Shown in pieces: positions 37,095-48,197 of a DNA stretch of 64,000 bases. The first letter of the stretch is position 1; each line of letters opens with the position of its first letter. Location of the stretch: contig CM102283.1 of NCBI GenBank assembly GCA_046563655.1, positions 186,001-250,000 of the forward strand, written 5' to 3'. The position numbers and the translations under genes were made by a program. This stretch comes from Yuukianura sp. NJ FZ-2021. Lineage: Eukaryota. The notes under the pieces were generated by a model. The model was not told where the DNA came from and searched no databases. It saw only the letters and a program-made list of their open reading frames with translations.

Positions 37095-40004
37095 ATGGCA
37101 ACCTCCGAGCCGTTGTTTTTGGTTTTCATAATCACCACGTTAGCAAATGGCATAAGTGGCAATCACTTAAAGGAAGTTGAAACAAAGTTTGTTATGGATG
37201 ATGTTCGTGCACTATCACTTTCTCACGAACAAAAACTTGGAGACAGACAGCGCTCCTCTGTTCCTATTGATGTGAACCTAGTGAGATTTTTGCTGTACTC
37301 CAACGCAAGGTATATTATTTATAAGCACTGTTTTATCCAGGTAATGTTCCTTTAAAAGCCACGAACATCGTTTAATGCTCAGGCGTCGTCTTTCTACGTT
37401 TCAAAGAGTTCCTATGTTTTGCTTAAGGCAGACGACTCTCCAAAATTTGAACGCTAAAGCTCGAAAGATTTAATGTGTATGGGGAACACGGTTATAGATC
37501 CTTACAGTCACTTGGAATCCAAGCAAAAATTAAAATTTGTAGCTATCGTTATTAAACTTTCAATTAACAAGTAAGAGGTCAACGGATTAGAAAATCCTAT
37601 AAGAGGGTAGTAGTTGTTGTTGCTCTAACCCTACTATTTATTGCAGTTCAGAGCAATTTCAAGAAATTCTTGTGGACGATGTAAAATCTCTAAAGCGCGG
37701 CTCCATCATATTAGCCATGCCTACCAAAATTTTGATTCACGGATTTCAAGGTCATAAGGATAATGATTTTCCAAAATACATGAGACAAGGTAAGGAAACA
37801 CAAAAGTCATCGCATTAATAGGTTATAACCTAACCATTTTGAGGCCAGAATATAAATTTGAGTTTTGTTTCTGAGATAAAATTAATTTTGGCAAAAAAAC
37901 CAATGCCAACATGTAATAATACGCTCCGATGGGAGTTTACTTCTATCTCTATATTACCGCCGTCATTCGGCTTTTGCCGAATGCCGAAAAACATTCTATC
38001 TGTGCCTCAAAAGGTTAAATAAGTCTTTTAAATAAATGACGTTTCTGATTCAGTTAAGTCATTTGCTAATTTATCGTTTATGAAGCCTTCCAGAAAAGCA
38101 TGGTTGGTGCATCCACGACTGTCAACTTAATTGTCGTCGACTGGGGTGCTCTCGCGGGTGGTTCATTATTGGATTACCCCAATGCCAGAGAAAACGTCGA
38201 GAGAGTTGGGAAACATTTGGCTAAATTTTTAAATTTTTTACTTGCTGAGCATGCTGTTAATAGTCTAGACGATATACACTTAATTGGACATAGTTTAGGA
38301 GCACATATTGCAGGGGTTGCAGGATGTCGTGCTGGTTCGCGCTCTGGAAGTGTAGGGCGAATAACTGGTCTTGACCCAGCTGGACCTGGGTTTGACGGCA
38401 AGTATACTCGACACGGAAAACTGGATAGCGGAGACGCGAAATTTGTTGACGTGATTCATACAAACGCGAGATTTTTGGGAACACGTCTAGATTCTGGCCA
38501 CGTGGATTTTTATCCAAATGGCGGAATGGAGCAGAAGGATTGCGGCGACTTTGTAGGTATCGAGTTCAAAGGTGAGTGTGCTGTACGATCGTAAAAAGAA
38601 CATAATGTACATAACCTTAAAATTGCTCAAATACAGGAACATGTAGTCACAGTAAGGCTCATACGATTTACACGGCAACGATCAAGAATCCGAATGTGTA
38701 CCTTGCATGCCCTTGTGAGCGACTGAAGGTCTGCACAGACTCATGCAGGAACGGAGTCAAAGTTGGGGAAAAGGTTCCAAACACGTAAGCAACATAACAT
38801 AAGTTCCTCCATCAAACCGTATTCATTGTTCAGTTTAAGTGACAATTGCGAAAAGCCAAACTGTTTCAAAGGGTATTCGCCCATAAAATGCAAGGTTCAA
38901 AACTAGCTCCTCACTCACTCCCTCAGCCTGAGAAAAGAGGAACGTTTCTCCAAGTTAGGCTACACGTTGGGATTTATTATATGCATATATGCACGTAACT
39001 CGAGAGGAGTTTTTCAAGTACCTAACAAAAATCATCTACTCATTTGTCCCTGACAGCCTGTCACTGATTCGCATGTTGTCACATCGTGGATCCGTTGGAA
39101 TGGAACCCAAGTTTCTGCAATCCAAAATTTTCTTTCTCAATTTATCGGATCGGATCCCTTTCGCAAAGGATTTGATAGGAATTGTGTTATGACTATTATG
39201 TTGTAAACTATCCTCCTTCGCCGGTGGGCAGGATTAAATATATAAGGTTAGGTTTCAAAAGGTCTATCCCAAAATCCCTTCGTTATTTTTGGTTTTGACC
39301 GGAAAGCAGAACTCAGCGACGTGAAACATTATTTTAAATTTCTGACCGTTTGGCTTGTTGCGAACTTTCGTCATTGACTATGGCGATAACTGAAAACATC
39401 TACGGCACCAACGAACAATTTTTCTCCATTCTGACCACCCAGTTTCCAGCACGGCTGTCTCTACAGTTCGGAGCTTATGGACCAAACTTGAGATGGGTAT
39501 CTGGAGGAGAGTTAGAGTTTAACTAGTTGCTCCTTCTCTGAGAAGAGAGGGAGGCACTGCATTGTGTTTGTGCAGAAAAAAAAAGCTTTTTGTAGGTTCG
39601 ACCCTCTTCGATGCCGGAACAAAACGGAACCGAAACCAATGCTAAAGTTTCATTTGCATTATAATAAACTTAATAACTAATCATCGGAAAATAATAATGA
39701 ATCAGCAAAACCGTACGGTTTCGTCGGAACGAAACGGTGTTGCGATGCACTAGGCAAGCAAGTTACTATATATAATTAAATTTTATTCTAAAATTTTAAT
39801 TTATTTATAAAAATTGTACCGTTTCGTCTAACTAGTTATACACAAACTCTCCTCCAGCTACTCATCTCAAGTTGTGTCCATAAGCTCCGAACTGTAGAGA
39901 CAGTTGTGGTTTCCAAGCTATTCGCAAGTTTTAAATTATATATTACATCTTATTGATATATGTCTTATTCTAGAACGCGAGGTTTTTACTACTTCAACCC
40001 GTAA
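37095..40004 (+). CDS. Secreted pancreatic-lipase-like / phospholipase A1 family lipase; exons 37095-37309, 37647-37789, 38086-38571, 38637-38784, 39974-40004
   Basis: Signal peptide; IHGF, VVDW, GHSLG (Ser), GLDPA (Asp), VDVIHT, DFYPNGG, CSH (His); all GT-AG junctions keep the frame; AATAAA at ~40157. Confidence 0.9.
39455..39903. mobile_element. Inverted-repeat MITE in lipase intron 4
   Basis: ~70-bp arms CTGTCTCTACAGTTCGGAGCTTATGGAC... and ...GTCCATAAGCTCCGAACTGTAGAGACAG. Confidence 0.7.
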
Positions 40005-40239
40005 TCCGCAAGATAAAGCTACCACACCTATTAAAGTTTGGAAACTCAACTTATATTTGTAACATATTGAGACGTAGTGTTGCCATTACAAATATTGGAT
40101 TTTCTATTGTATTAAAAATTTTTGACCTTGTAACTTATAGAAGTTATTTGAATGGAAATAAATTTGTAAACCGTTAACATGGAGCAAGCATAGAGTTCTC
40201 AATAGGATTTTCACTTTTTTCTTTTGAGTTAGAGTAGGA

Positions 40240-41440
40240 CATTTAGCATTTTTTTAAACAAAGTCTTCGAAGAAAAATGCAGGGAAGGCCCGTCACATAC
40301 CTGTATCTCCTGTGGTGGACTTTGGTTCAAGAAATCTATCAAGCAGCTACGGCGATCCGACTTTACTCGATCCGATGACAACTTTCTGAACGCTGTTTTC
40401 TCTAACAAACTGGAAGGAAACTTTTGTAACGCTTGTCATGCTGCAGTTAGATCTGGCCGAGATTCACGCTTGGCGCTTACAAATGGACTCAACTTTCCGC
40501 TCATCCCTTCAGGGGTTTCGTCTTTGACGCTTTTGGAAGCCCGTTTAGTTTCACCATACCATGTTTTCCAGGCGATTTGGGCTGTACGAGGGCCGCAAGG
40601 TAATTTAAAACCTATTTTATTTTATTTATGGTAAAATTTAACAAAGTTTGTCATTGTAAGGTCAATTCAAACCCAAGGGACGGATTGTGAATGTTCCAGT
40701 TTCCGTGACTAACATTGTTCAGAGTCTACCGCGTCTTCCATCCGACGATTCGGTTCTACACTTACGTCTTGCTCGGCAAATGCACGTGGAACGAAATTAT
40801 ACTTCCGGCAATATACGTCCACAAAAAGTTTTTCAAGCTGCTGAGGTTCTGTGCCAATCTCCTTTCATGGCGTATCACTTTCGCGCTCCTGGCTGGCGGA
40901 TTCTCAACAACAGTTGACTTCTATGGACTCTACCTTAGAGAGTCACCTTGAAAACTCTCTTAAAATCACGAGCGAAAGAAATCCGGACGCCGAAATCGAA
41001 AACTCCGCAGGAGGTGAAACGATGCTCACAGATGCCTCGGGAGTTCGGATGGCCCCAGCAGAGGGAAATCGCCCTGTTTCTGTGCTTGTGGACGATGACG
41101 CTATATTCCTGGCATTTCCTCAGTTGTTTGAAGGAAAAAAACTGAATCCTATTTTCGATGGGAAGAAAATATCGCGAGCTGACATGTTCAAGTCCTTTGC
41201 TAGAAACAAGGACCGCCGTGCCGCTGAGTCAGTGGACTCTCTATTGTACATGGCGAAGACCCTGGAAATATCGCGTATAGCTAGCAACAGAAACATACCC
41301 CTGAGGAAGCGAAGACTTAACGGCGAACTCATTGTTCCAACAGCGGCTCAAGTCTTGCACCAGACGTACGTTGATGGCCTCATCAAGGACGATAATGCTT
41401 ATAAAGTTCTCGCTGGGATCCGAAACGCAGGCACTCACTG
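40240..41440 (+). pseudogene. Helentron/Helitron2 Rep-helicase N-terminal fragment with an intron at ~40600-40660
   Basis: EGPSHTCISCGGLWF, CNAC, LEARLVSP, GRIVNVP..SLPR, GNIRP (DUF6570-like), APAEGNRPVS, LAFPQLF. Confidence 0.75.
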
Positions 41441-41892
41441 TGTAAGATAAGGAATTTTTGGTAGTGGTTACTTTAAGGGACAACTTTTCCGCTCTAACTT
41501 TGAACCCCCTTTTCCGTTCCTATCCTTACGTTTATTCTCGGGCCCTTGGCAGTTTCACCTTACAAGGGGATTTCTTCCCTTCCAAGGGCCGGCCGGTCAC
41601 TCAAGGTCACGACTTGACCCCCTTTTACCTCTTGTAGTAGTAGAATGAAATTGGCCTCAGTTGATCCGCTACTCCAGCCTGTTGTTGATTTCGAGTACTC
41701 CAGCCCGACAATCCAGAATCCCGCACCCCAGCGCCGCACCAAACCAACTCCACACGAACCAACCAGTACTAACCTCCCAATTAAGTTCAAGCTACCAACA
41801 GCGGTGTTTCAATTCTTCCGATCAGTAAATCCCGAATTCCTTCGTGTAAAAAAATAAGGTAGCTAGTGTTACCACTAGACCATGGTGCCTCC
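41441..41892 (+). mobile_element. Possible LTR fragment truncating the Helentron ORF
   Basis: Starts TGTAAG where the coding frame ends; ..CA followed by PBS-like TGGTGCC at ~41883; no partner LTR seen. Confidence 0.3.
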
Positions 41893-41953
41893 TGTACCAA
41901 ATGAAGGCTCTACAGCTTATGTTATCCCACATTCGTATACCACAACATGAGTA

Positions 41954-42578
41954 GGTTAGATTGTCGTTGTTGGGGCAGTGAAAATTTTTTCTAAGTTCTT
42001 TGGTCAAAATTTTCGAAAAATTTTTTGACCCTAAGGGTCCCCCCTTCCCATTCTTTTGAAAATCTTGACTCGAAAATTTTCAAAGTACGAAAACTGAAGT
42101 GGTCACCCCTGACAACCTCAAAAATGACCCTTACGAAAGTTGTTTAGAATCATGAGGTGAGTATTTTTTGTCCTATGGACTATGACCCTACGACCACTCC
42201 CTGAGGTCAGAGGTCAACACAAAGAAAAATTGGGGAAATGTTCGCATTGACCTCTGACCTCAACGAATGGTTGTAGGGTCATAGTCCATAGGACAAAAAA
42301 TACTCACCTCATGATTCTAAACAACTTTTGTAAGGGTCATTTTTGAGGTTGTCAGGTGTGACCACTTCAGTTTTCGTACTTTGAAAATTTTCGAGTCAAG
42401 ATTTCCAAAAAAATGGGAAGGGGGGACCCTTAGGGTCAAAAAATTTTTTTTGCTCCAAACGTTCCAAAAACGTTTGAAACATGATAAAAAGTGAAAAAAA
42501 CGAAAAAAAAATTTTTCGAAAATTTTGACCAAAAAACTTAGAAAAAATTTTCACTGCCCCAACAACGACAATCTAACC
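41954..42578. mobile_element. Long-TIR foldback MITE, copy 1 (left arm has a deletion)
   Basis: GGTTAGATTGTCGTTGTTGGGG ... CCCCAACAACGACAATCTAACC; short central spacer. Confidence 0.8.
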
Positions 42579-42606
42579 TTACTTGTTTTGGAAATGGAAA
42601 TATTGG

Positions 42607-43297
42607 GGTTAGATTATCGTTGTTGGGGTAGTTCAAATTTTTTCTAAGTTTTTTGGTCAAAATTTTCGAAAAATTTTTTTTTCGTTTTTTTCACTTTTTA
42701 TCACTTTTCAAACGTTTTTGGAACGTTTGGAGCAAAAAAAATTTTTTGACCCCAAGTGTCCCCCCTTCTCACTTTTTTGAAAATCAGGAGTCGAAAATTT
42801 TCCAAGTACAAAAAACTGAAGTGGTCACACATGACAACCTCAGAAATGACCTATGAAAGTTGTTCGGAATCATGAGGGGAGTATTTTTTGTCATATGAAC
42901 TATGGTCCTACGACCACTCCCTGAGGTCAAAGGTCAACGGAAAGAAAAATTGGGGAAATGTTTGTGCTGACCTCTGACCTCAATGAGTGGTCGTGGGGTC
43001 ATAGTCCATAGGACAAAAAATACTTCCCTCATGATTCTGAACAAGTTTCACAGGGGTCATTTTTGAGGTTGTCAGGGGTGTCCAATTCAGTTTGCGGACT
43101 TGGAAAATTTGTGAGTCCAGATTTTCAAAAAAATGAAAAGGGGGACACTTGGGGTCAAAAAAAAATTTTTGCTCCAAACGTTCCAAAACGTTTGAAAAGC
43201 GATAAAAAGTGAAAAAAACGAAAAAAAAAATTTTTCGAAAATTTTGACCAAAAAACTTAGAAAAAATTTGAACTACCCCAACAACGATAATCTAACC
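42607..43297. mobile_element. Long-TIR foldback MITE, copy 2 (Merlin-like: GG ends, 8-bp TSD)
   Basis: 8-bp TSD AATATTGG at 42599-42606 and 43298-43305; ~330-bp arms. Confidence 0.85.
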
Positions 43298-44085
43298 AAT
43301 ATTGGAATGGTTTTACAAATGTAAAGATCAAAATCCTGTTTTCTCTGTTGGGTTACGAATCTAGCATTAGCATTCCTCAATTTTAGAAGTTAGTTAGAGT
43401 TTAGAAGTATGATTAAGTTATACAAAAATGAGGTGATTAAGTTATACAAAAGATTATACAAATAACCTAACCTAACCTAGGGAATAATTTTACTTTCACC
43501 AGGTAACTCGGATTTTTATAATTTCTTTCTGAAAAAAATTAACCTAACCTACCAACATTGTTTAAGCCCTTTAAAACGTAACCGAGTTAAGTTGTAAGAA
43601 AAAAAATTTACATGAGCCCTTATGGGGACATTTCAATTTTCAAACTTTTTTAAAAATTTCAGTTTTTGAGAGTCTAGTAAAAAAAATATATATATTCCTG
43701 GTCAGGGGAGTAGATATGTAGACATGATCCAGACGCCAGGTGCTAAAAGCATTAGGCGGGGAAAGGAGGGGGAAGGGAAAGGTGGGAGGCCCCCCCTCCC
43801 TCGAGGTATTAAAGGAGACCCCACGGGCAGTGTGTGGATATACCCACGTATCATTATGTGTAATACCAACGGGCTATAGATTAACCACCCCACATAGTAT
43901 GTTGCAAATTTCATCAAAACTGTTTCTTCAAGTTCGAATTCCATTCCAAAACATATTCTACGAGATGACGTAATTACACATTGGTCAACACTTGTAGTAG
44001 TACTTAAACAGGGAGTTTTGAAAATAGCAATCTCAGTTCTGAAGTCGAAGCTGTAACATTCCTTTTCCATATTAGTTCTCGAGAG

Positions 44086-44541
44086 ATGGAAGAGGTGAAG
44101 CATGAAATTGCTCTCCGAGTTAGAGGTATCCCGTGGAATAGACGTCCAAAAAAGTGTCCTGGATTTTATATATTTCCAATTTGTTTGCAACAAAACTTGT
44201 CGATGTTTAAAATTCACGAAGAGTACAAAGCGCTTCCAGTTACTCGAATATGTGATCACACTCGATGTAATTACAGTGGTGAATACGACTACTTGATCGA
44301 AAAACTATTTGGAGATGGAGTATTTAAACCAGCTGATTTGGAGGAAATTATGGACGAAATTTCCCGGCTCCGAACGTTTAAAAAATACTATTGCAAATAT
44401 ATGCAATGTTGTGGATTCGTTTTGCGAAAGGGTAATGCTGCAACAGCCGAACCATATTCTCTAGTTCCTGGATATGACTTTTCTAGAAGCAAGGAAGCTC
44501 CTTACACCTTACCATGTAATGGCTGGAAGTGGAATTTATAA
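44086..44541 (+). CDS. Unknown Cys-containing ORF overlapping the start of the pPolB remnant
   Basis: 151-aa ATG-started ORF; no motif recognised. Confidence 0.35.
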   Translation: MEEVKHEIALRVRGIPWNRRPKKCPGFYIFPICLQQNLSMFKIHEEYKALPVTRICDHTRCNYSGEYDYLIEKLFGDGVFKPADLEEIMDEISRLRTFKKYYCKYMQCCGFVLRKGNAATAEPYSLVPGYDFSRSKEAPYTLPCNGWKWNL

Positions 44542-45577
44542 GGTTGACAAACTTGTAGCAGACTTGCACAATAAGAAGAACTACATCCTCCACAGTGAAA
44601 CTCTAAGAGAATACTGCAAGCTGGGTGTGAAAGTCTCCAAAATTCATCGCGTACTTTCATTTAGACAAGTGGCTTGGATGAAGCCGTTCATAGATTTTAA
44701 CACTGAGATGAGAAAAAAGGCTACGAGCGACTTTGAAAAAGACTTCTGGAAATTGCTAAACAATTCTGCATTTGGAAAAACAATTGAACAGGTTCGTGAT
44801 AGACAAAACGTTCGAATTGTTACAGACAGACAAAAGGCGTTGTTCTATAACAAAAAACCTACTGTACAAAATATTGTCGTTGTGAATGAATCTACTTGTT
44901 TGTTTATGATGAAGAAAAAATCAGTCAACCTAAACAAACCAATTTTCACCGGTGTTGCAATTTTGGAAATTGCCAAAAAAATAATGTACGAAATGCACTA
45001 CCAAGGAATTAAAACCCTCTACGGGGATCGAGCAGTTTTACTCTATACAGACACAGACTCACTCATTTACAAGATTGACACTGAAGACGTTTACAAGGAC
45101 ATGATGTCACATCGCCAACTATATGATATGAGTGAGTATCCAGAGCAACACCCAATGTTCGGATCGTTCTATGACGTCACTAACAAAAAGGTTTTGGGGA
45201 AATTCAAAGACGAGTTCGCCGGTACTGTGATTACCCACGTGATTTGTCCAAGACCAAAAATGTACTCCATTCGAAATGTAGGACTATACAAGGAGGGGGA
45301 GGAGTGGGTGTGGAAAGAGTCGTGCTCAAAAAAAGTTAAAGGCATTACCAAAGCGGCGGTAAAAAATCAAATCAAACTCGAAGACTTCTCGAATGTTTTG
45401 GAACAAAACATACAAACAATGGTCAGCATGCGCGGGATTCGAAGTGTGGAACACCGAATTTTTACAGAAGTGATTCGAAAGAAGGCTCTTAGTGGGTTAG
45501 ATACAAAACGTTTTGCAATTGATAGCGTCAATACCGTTGCGTTTGGCCACAAGGACATACCAATCTACAATATGTAA
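44474..45577 (+). pseudogene. Protein-primed B-family DNA polymerase, C-terminal part only
   Basis: KL..DLHNKKNY, KLLNNSAFGKT (motif B), YTDTDS (motif C), GKFKDE, RPKMY, KKVKG, D.KRF; motif A and exonuclease not seen. Confidence 0.9.
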
Positions 45578-45602
45578 TGTAACATAACGATTTAGAACTT
45601 GT

Positions 45603-45675
45603 GTTGTGCGGTGGTTCAATCGATAACCTTCAGATTGAGCCATCGCACAACTTTTTGCTTCTAGGGTTCGAATCC
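45603..45675 (+). ncRNA. Candidate Pol III short-hairpin RNA unit
   Basis: 19-bp stem 45603-45621/45633-45651 with two G-U pairs and an 11-nt loop; TTTTT at 45652-45656; B-box GGTTCGAATCC at 45665-45675; A-box-like TGGTTCAATCG inside the 5' arm. Confidence 0.45.
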
Positions 45676-45707
45676 AGCTTGGAAATTAACGTTTTATTTC
45701 ATTGAAT

Positions 45708-46661
45708 TTAGTAATTTACATTTAACAATTGCTGCTCATAAAATCCGCCAGGTATTGGCACTCCTTTCAAATCCTGAAGAGAATAAACTCGAGGAATTGT
45801 TTCACGACCTTTGACGACTGTGTAAATCTCCTTATTACAGTTTGCAGTATATCCTTTTTCGAATGTTTTCTTGTTTCTTGCAATCAAAACCCTGTCTCCC
45901 TCATAGAATTTTGGAGGTGTATATAACACAATTCGTTCTGGATATAGCGTATTGTACACTTTTGCTTCGTTTGCTTTTGTGACTTCGTTTGGCTTCCTTT
46001 TTATGCTGCGATGATACGAATTGTTGTATAAATTTTCAAAATCATGAAGCTTATTTACAAATCGCTTTGTGTTATTGTGTGTCATGTAGCGTTGAATTTT
46101 TCCAAACAATGTACGAATGAATCTCTCGATGACAACACTTTTCAGAGGCGAATAACTCCAAAACAGTTTGATTCCTAACCCGCTTATGTATTTTTCCATC
46201 GTTTTGTTTAAGAACTCTCCGCCCTTATCAACATTTATTCGTTTTGGTATGGCACCGCTTCGTTGAAGAATTTTCTTTAAAGCGTTTGTTACAGTCATAG
46301 CAGTCTTATTTGGTATAGCTTCAATCCATGCTTGCTTGGAAAAAACGTCAATGATGACGAGGAGGTACTTTTTTTTGAAGTTGTAATTTGCAAATTTTCT
46401 AATATCCTTCAGATCCATTGCGTATTGTTCATGTATTCCGTTGGAGTAGACCCTACGACGCAAAAATCGCCGTGTCACAGGGTAATGCAAGGTGTAGGCG
46501 GGCACTGACTTTAAACGCTGCTGTGCAATTTTCCGTCTCGCTTTACCCCCCTTGGGCAAAAAGTTTGACAGTCCGCTAAAGCTGCCAGAGTTCTCCAAAT
46601 TCCTCCAACGCTCTGTCACCTTCCTTTCCATGATCAAGAGTGATAAAAGCTGACAGCGCAA
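45708..46661 (-). CDS. Polinton retroviral-type (rve) integrase
   Basis: YTLH, YAMDLKD, IDVFSK, VDKGGEF, VIERFIRT, YN.SYHRSI, FEKGY, FYEQQL; DDE triad present. Confidence 0.93.
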   Translation of the reverse strand: MRCQLLSLLIMERKVTERWRNLENSGSFSGLSNFLPKGGKARRKIAQQRLKSVPAYTLHYPVTRRFLRRRVYSNGIHEQYAMDLKDIRKFANYNFKKKYLLVIIDVFSKQAWIEAIPNKTAMTVTNALKKILQRSGAIPKRINVDKGGEFLNKTMEKYISGLGIKLFWSYSPLKSVVIERFIRTLFGKIQRYMTHNNTKRFVNKLHDFENLYNNSYHRSIKRKPNEVTKANEAKVYNTLYPERIVLYTPPKFYEGDRVLIARNKKTFEKGYTANCNKEIYTVVKGRETIPRVYSLQDLKGVPIPGGFYEQQLLNVNY

Positions 46662-46694
46662 AGCAATATTTAATCAGTCAGAAAGCAGTCAGAC

Positions 46695-47351
46695 ATGGAA
46701 TTCGACTATCGTCTTCGACGTCCATTTGTGATGACGTGTGCAGGACCTACTCAGGCTGGAAAATCAACGCTAATTGAGGAACTGATAAGAAGAAAAGATG
46801 AACTAATATTCCCAAGGATTGAGAAAGTTATATTCTGTTACAATGAGGATGAACCTGCTTTTGCAGACGGTTTAAAAAAGCAGCTCGGAGACTCACGCAT
46901 ACATTTCCAAAAAGGAATTGTACTAGATGTTGAGGAAGGAAACAAGACTCCCACTTTAGTGGTTCTGGATGACTTTATGGAAGAAGCATCCACATCCAAG
47001 GACGTTTGCAGCATGGTAACACGAGGTTCCAGCCACCGCAATTTCAGTGTTATTTTGACGCTGCAAAACTTCTTTTACAAAAACTGTCGTACTTTGACTC
47101 TAAACAGCAAGTACATTGCACTATTTCGAAATCCCAGAGACACAAGCATCATCAATTATCTTAGCCGTCAAATGAATGGAGGCAAGGATCATCCAATATT
47201 AGCAGCGGCATATGAAGATGCTACCAAAAACAAGCCAAATAGCTATCTATTTTTGGACATGTCCCAACAACAAAATGATGAACACAGAATACGCTCTGAA
47301 ATATTTCCAGATTCAACTTGTATTGTTTATTTACATCGGAAAAATTATTGA
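46695..47351 (+). CDS. A32/FtsK-like DNA packaging ATPase
   Basis: Walker A GPTQAGKS, Walker B LVVLDD, RGSSHRN, TLQN, FRNPRD. Confidence 0.93.
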   Translation: MEFDYRLRRPFVMTCAGPTQAGKSTLIEELIRRKDELIFPRIEKVIFCYNEDEPAFADGLKKQLGDSRIHFQKGIVLDVEEGNKTPTLVVLDDFMEEASTSKDVCSMVTRGSSHRNFSVILTLQNFFYKNCRTLTLNSKYIALFRNPRDTSIINYLSRQMNGGKDHPILAAAYEDATKNKPNSYLFLDMSQQQNDEHRIRSEIFPDSTCIVYLHRKNY

Positions 47352-47710
47352 ACGTGTTTCTTAAGTTCTAACATTGCTTGTAATAAACAATTAAACAATT
47401 CCAATTTCATGCTGACTCCAACGATTCCTTCGACCGGATTCCTAATGTTAATGTGGGTGGCGGCTGGGGACGCTATACCAACCTCGTCTCCAAGATATAC
47501 CATCCAGCCATCGTCCAAATGTACTTGGGGGGCTGGGTATGGCTTTGAAGCAGAGGTTTTAATTTCAACTAGAGTAGGGATGATTACGGTTCCCTTGATG
47601 GCAGATTTGACGTTCCGGTTCTTTAATCGCTTCAGTCTTGGCGGATTTGGTGCTTTGACGTGCTGAACTTCGTATTCAAAGGTTGGTGATGGAGAACGAG
47701 ACTTTTCCAT
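47345..47710 (-). CDS. Polinton hypothetical protein (121 aa)
   Basis: ATG ORF convergent on and overlapping the ATPase stop; no motif recognised. Confidence 0.5.
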   Translation of the reverse strand: MEKSRSPSPTFEYEVQHVKAPNPPRLKRLKNRNVKSAIKGTVIIPTLVEIKTSASKPYPAPQVHLDDGWMVYLGDEVGIASPAATHINIRNPVEGIVGVSMKLELFNCLLQAMLELKKHVQ

Positions 47711-47942
47711 TTTATTAACACCACAATTCAGAGAACACGACTTGCAAATGTTGATTGTTGTAGAGGATTTTTTTTGTGAAAAGAAATTAGAAAAATCTTG
47801 TAATCGCAGAGCAAGTACAGCTCATGACCAACACAAGTGACGAACTAACGAAAAATTTCAATTTCTGACTATTGAAATACCTTATTTTCACCATCAATGT
47901 TAGTCATGACGTCAGTCAAGCTTTGTCACGTGAGGAGTCACA

Positions 47943-48197
47943 ATGTCTGAGAAGATTAAGTCCAACAAACGTTTTTTAAAATACATTTCCAGTTGTACAC
48001 CGGCTCAGCGAGAAGCGTTATTACGTCATGCCACCCCAGACGAGATAAAGAGTCTTTGTGAGTGCGTCATGAATGCGTACCGCAAAACGTTTCCCTAACA
48101 CCATCTGTCGTTGCTAAACTCAAACCGTTCCGTGGCACAATAACGAAAATTGCAAGGTATCCAAAGCAATCAATTCGCAAACAAAGATTGCTTTTAA
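47943..48197 (+). pseudogene. Small basic conserved Polinton protein, frameshifted and cut by a TTAA insertion
   Basis: MSEKIKSNKRFLKYISSCTPAQREALLRHATPDEIKSLCECVMN / KLKPFR..KIA..KQRLL; the CE..N motif is typical of a Maverick small ORF. Confidence 0.6.

Noticed and set aside
41635-41645. TAGTAGTAG as a Polinton terminus
   Set aside because: No matching inverted terminus or 6-bp TSD in the window; it lies inside another LTR-like fragment.
45603-45680. tRNA gene suggested by GGTTCGAATCC
   Set aside because: No cloverleaf; a T5 terminator precedes the B-box and the upstream sequence forms one long hairpin.
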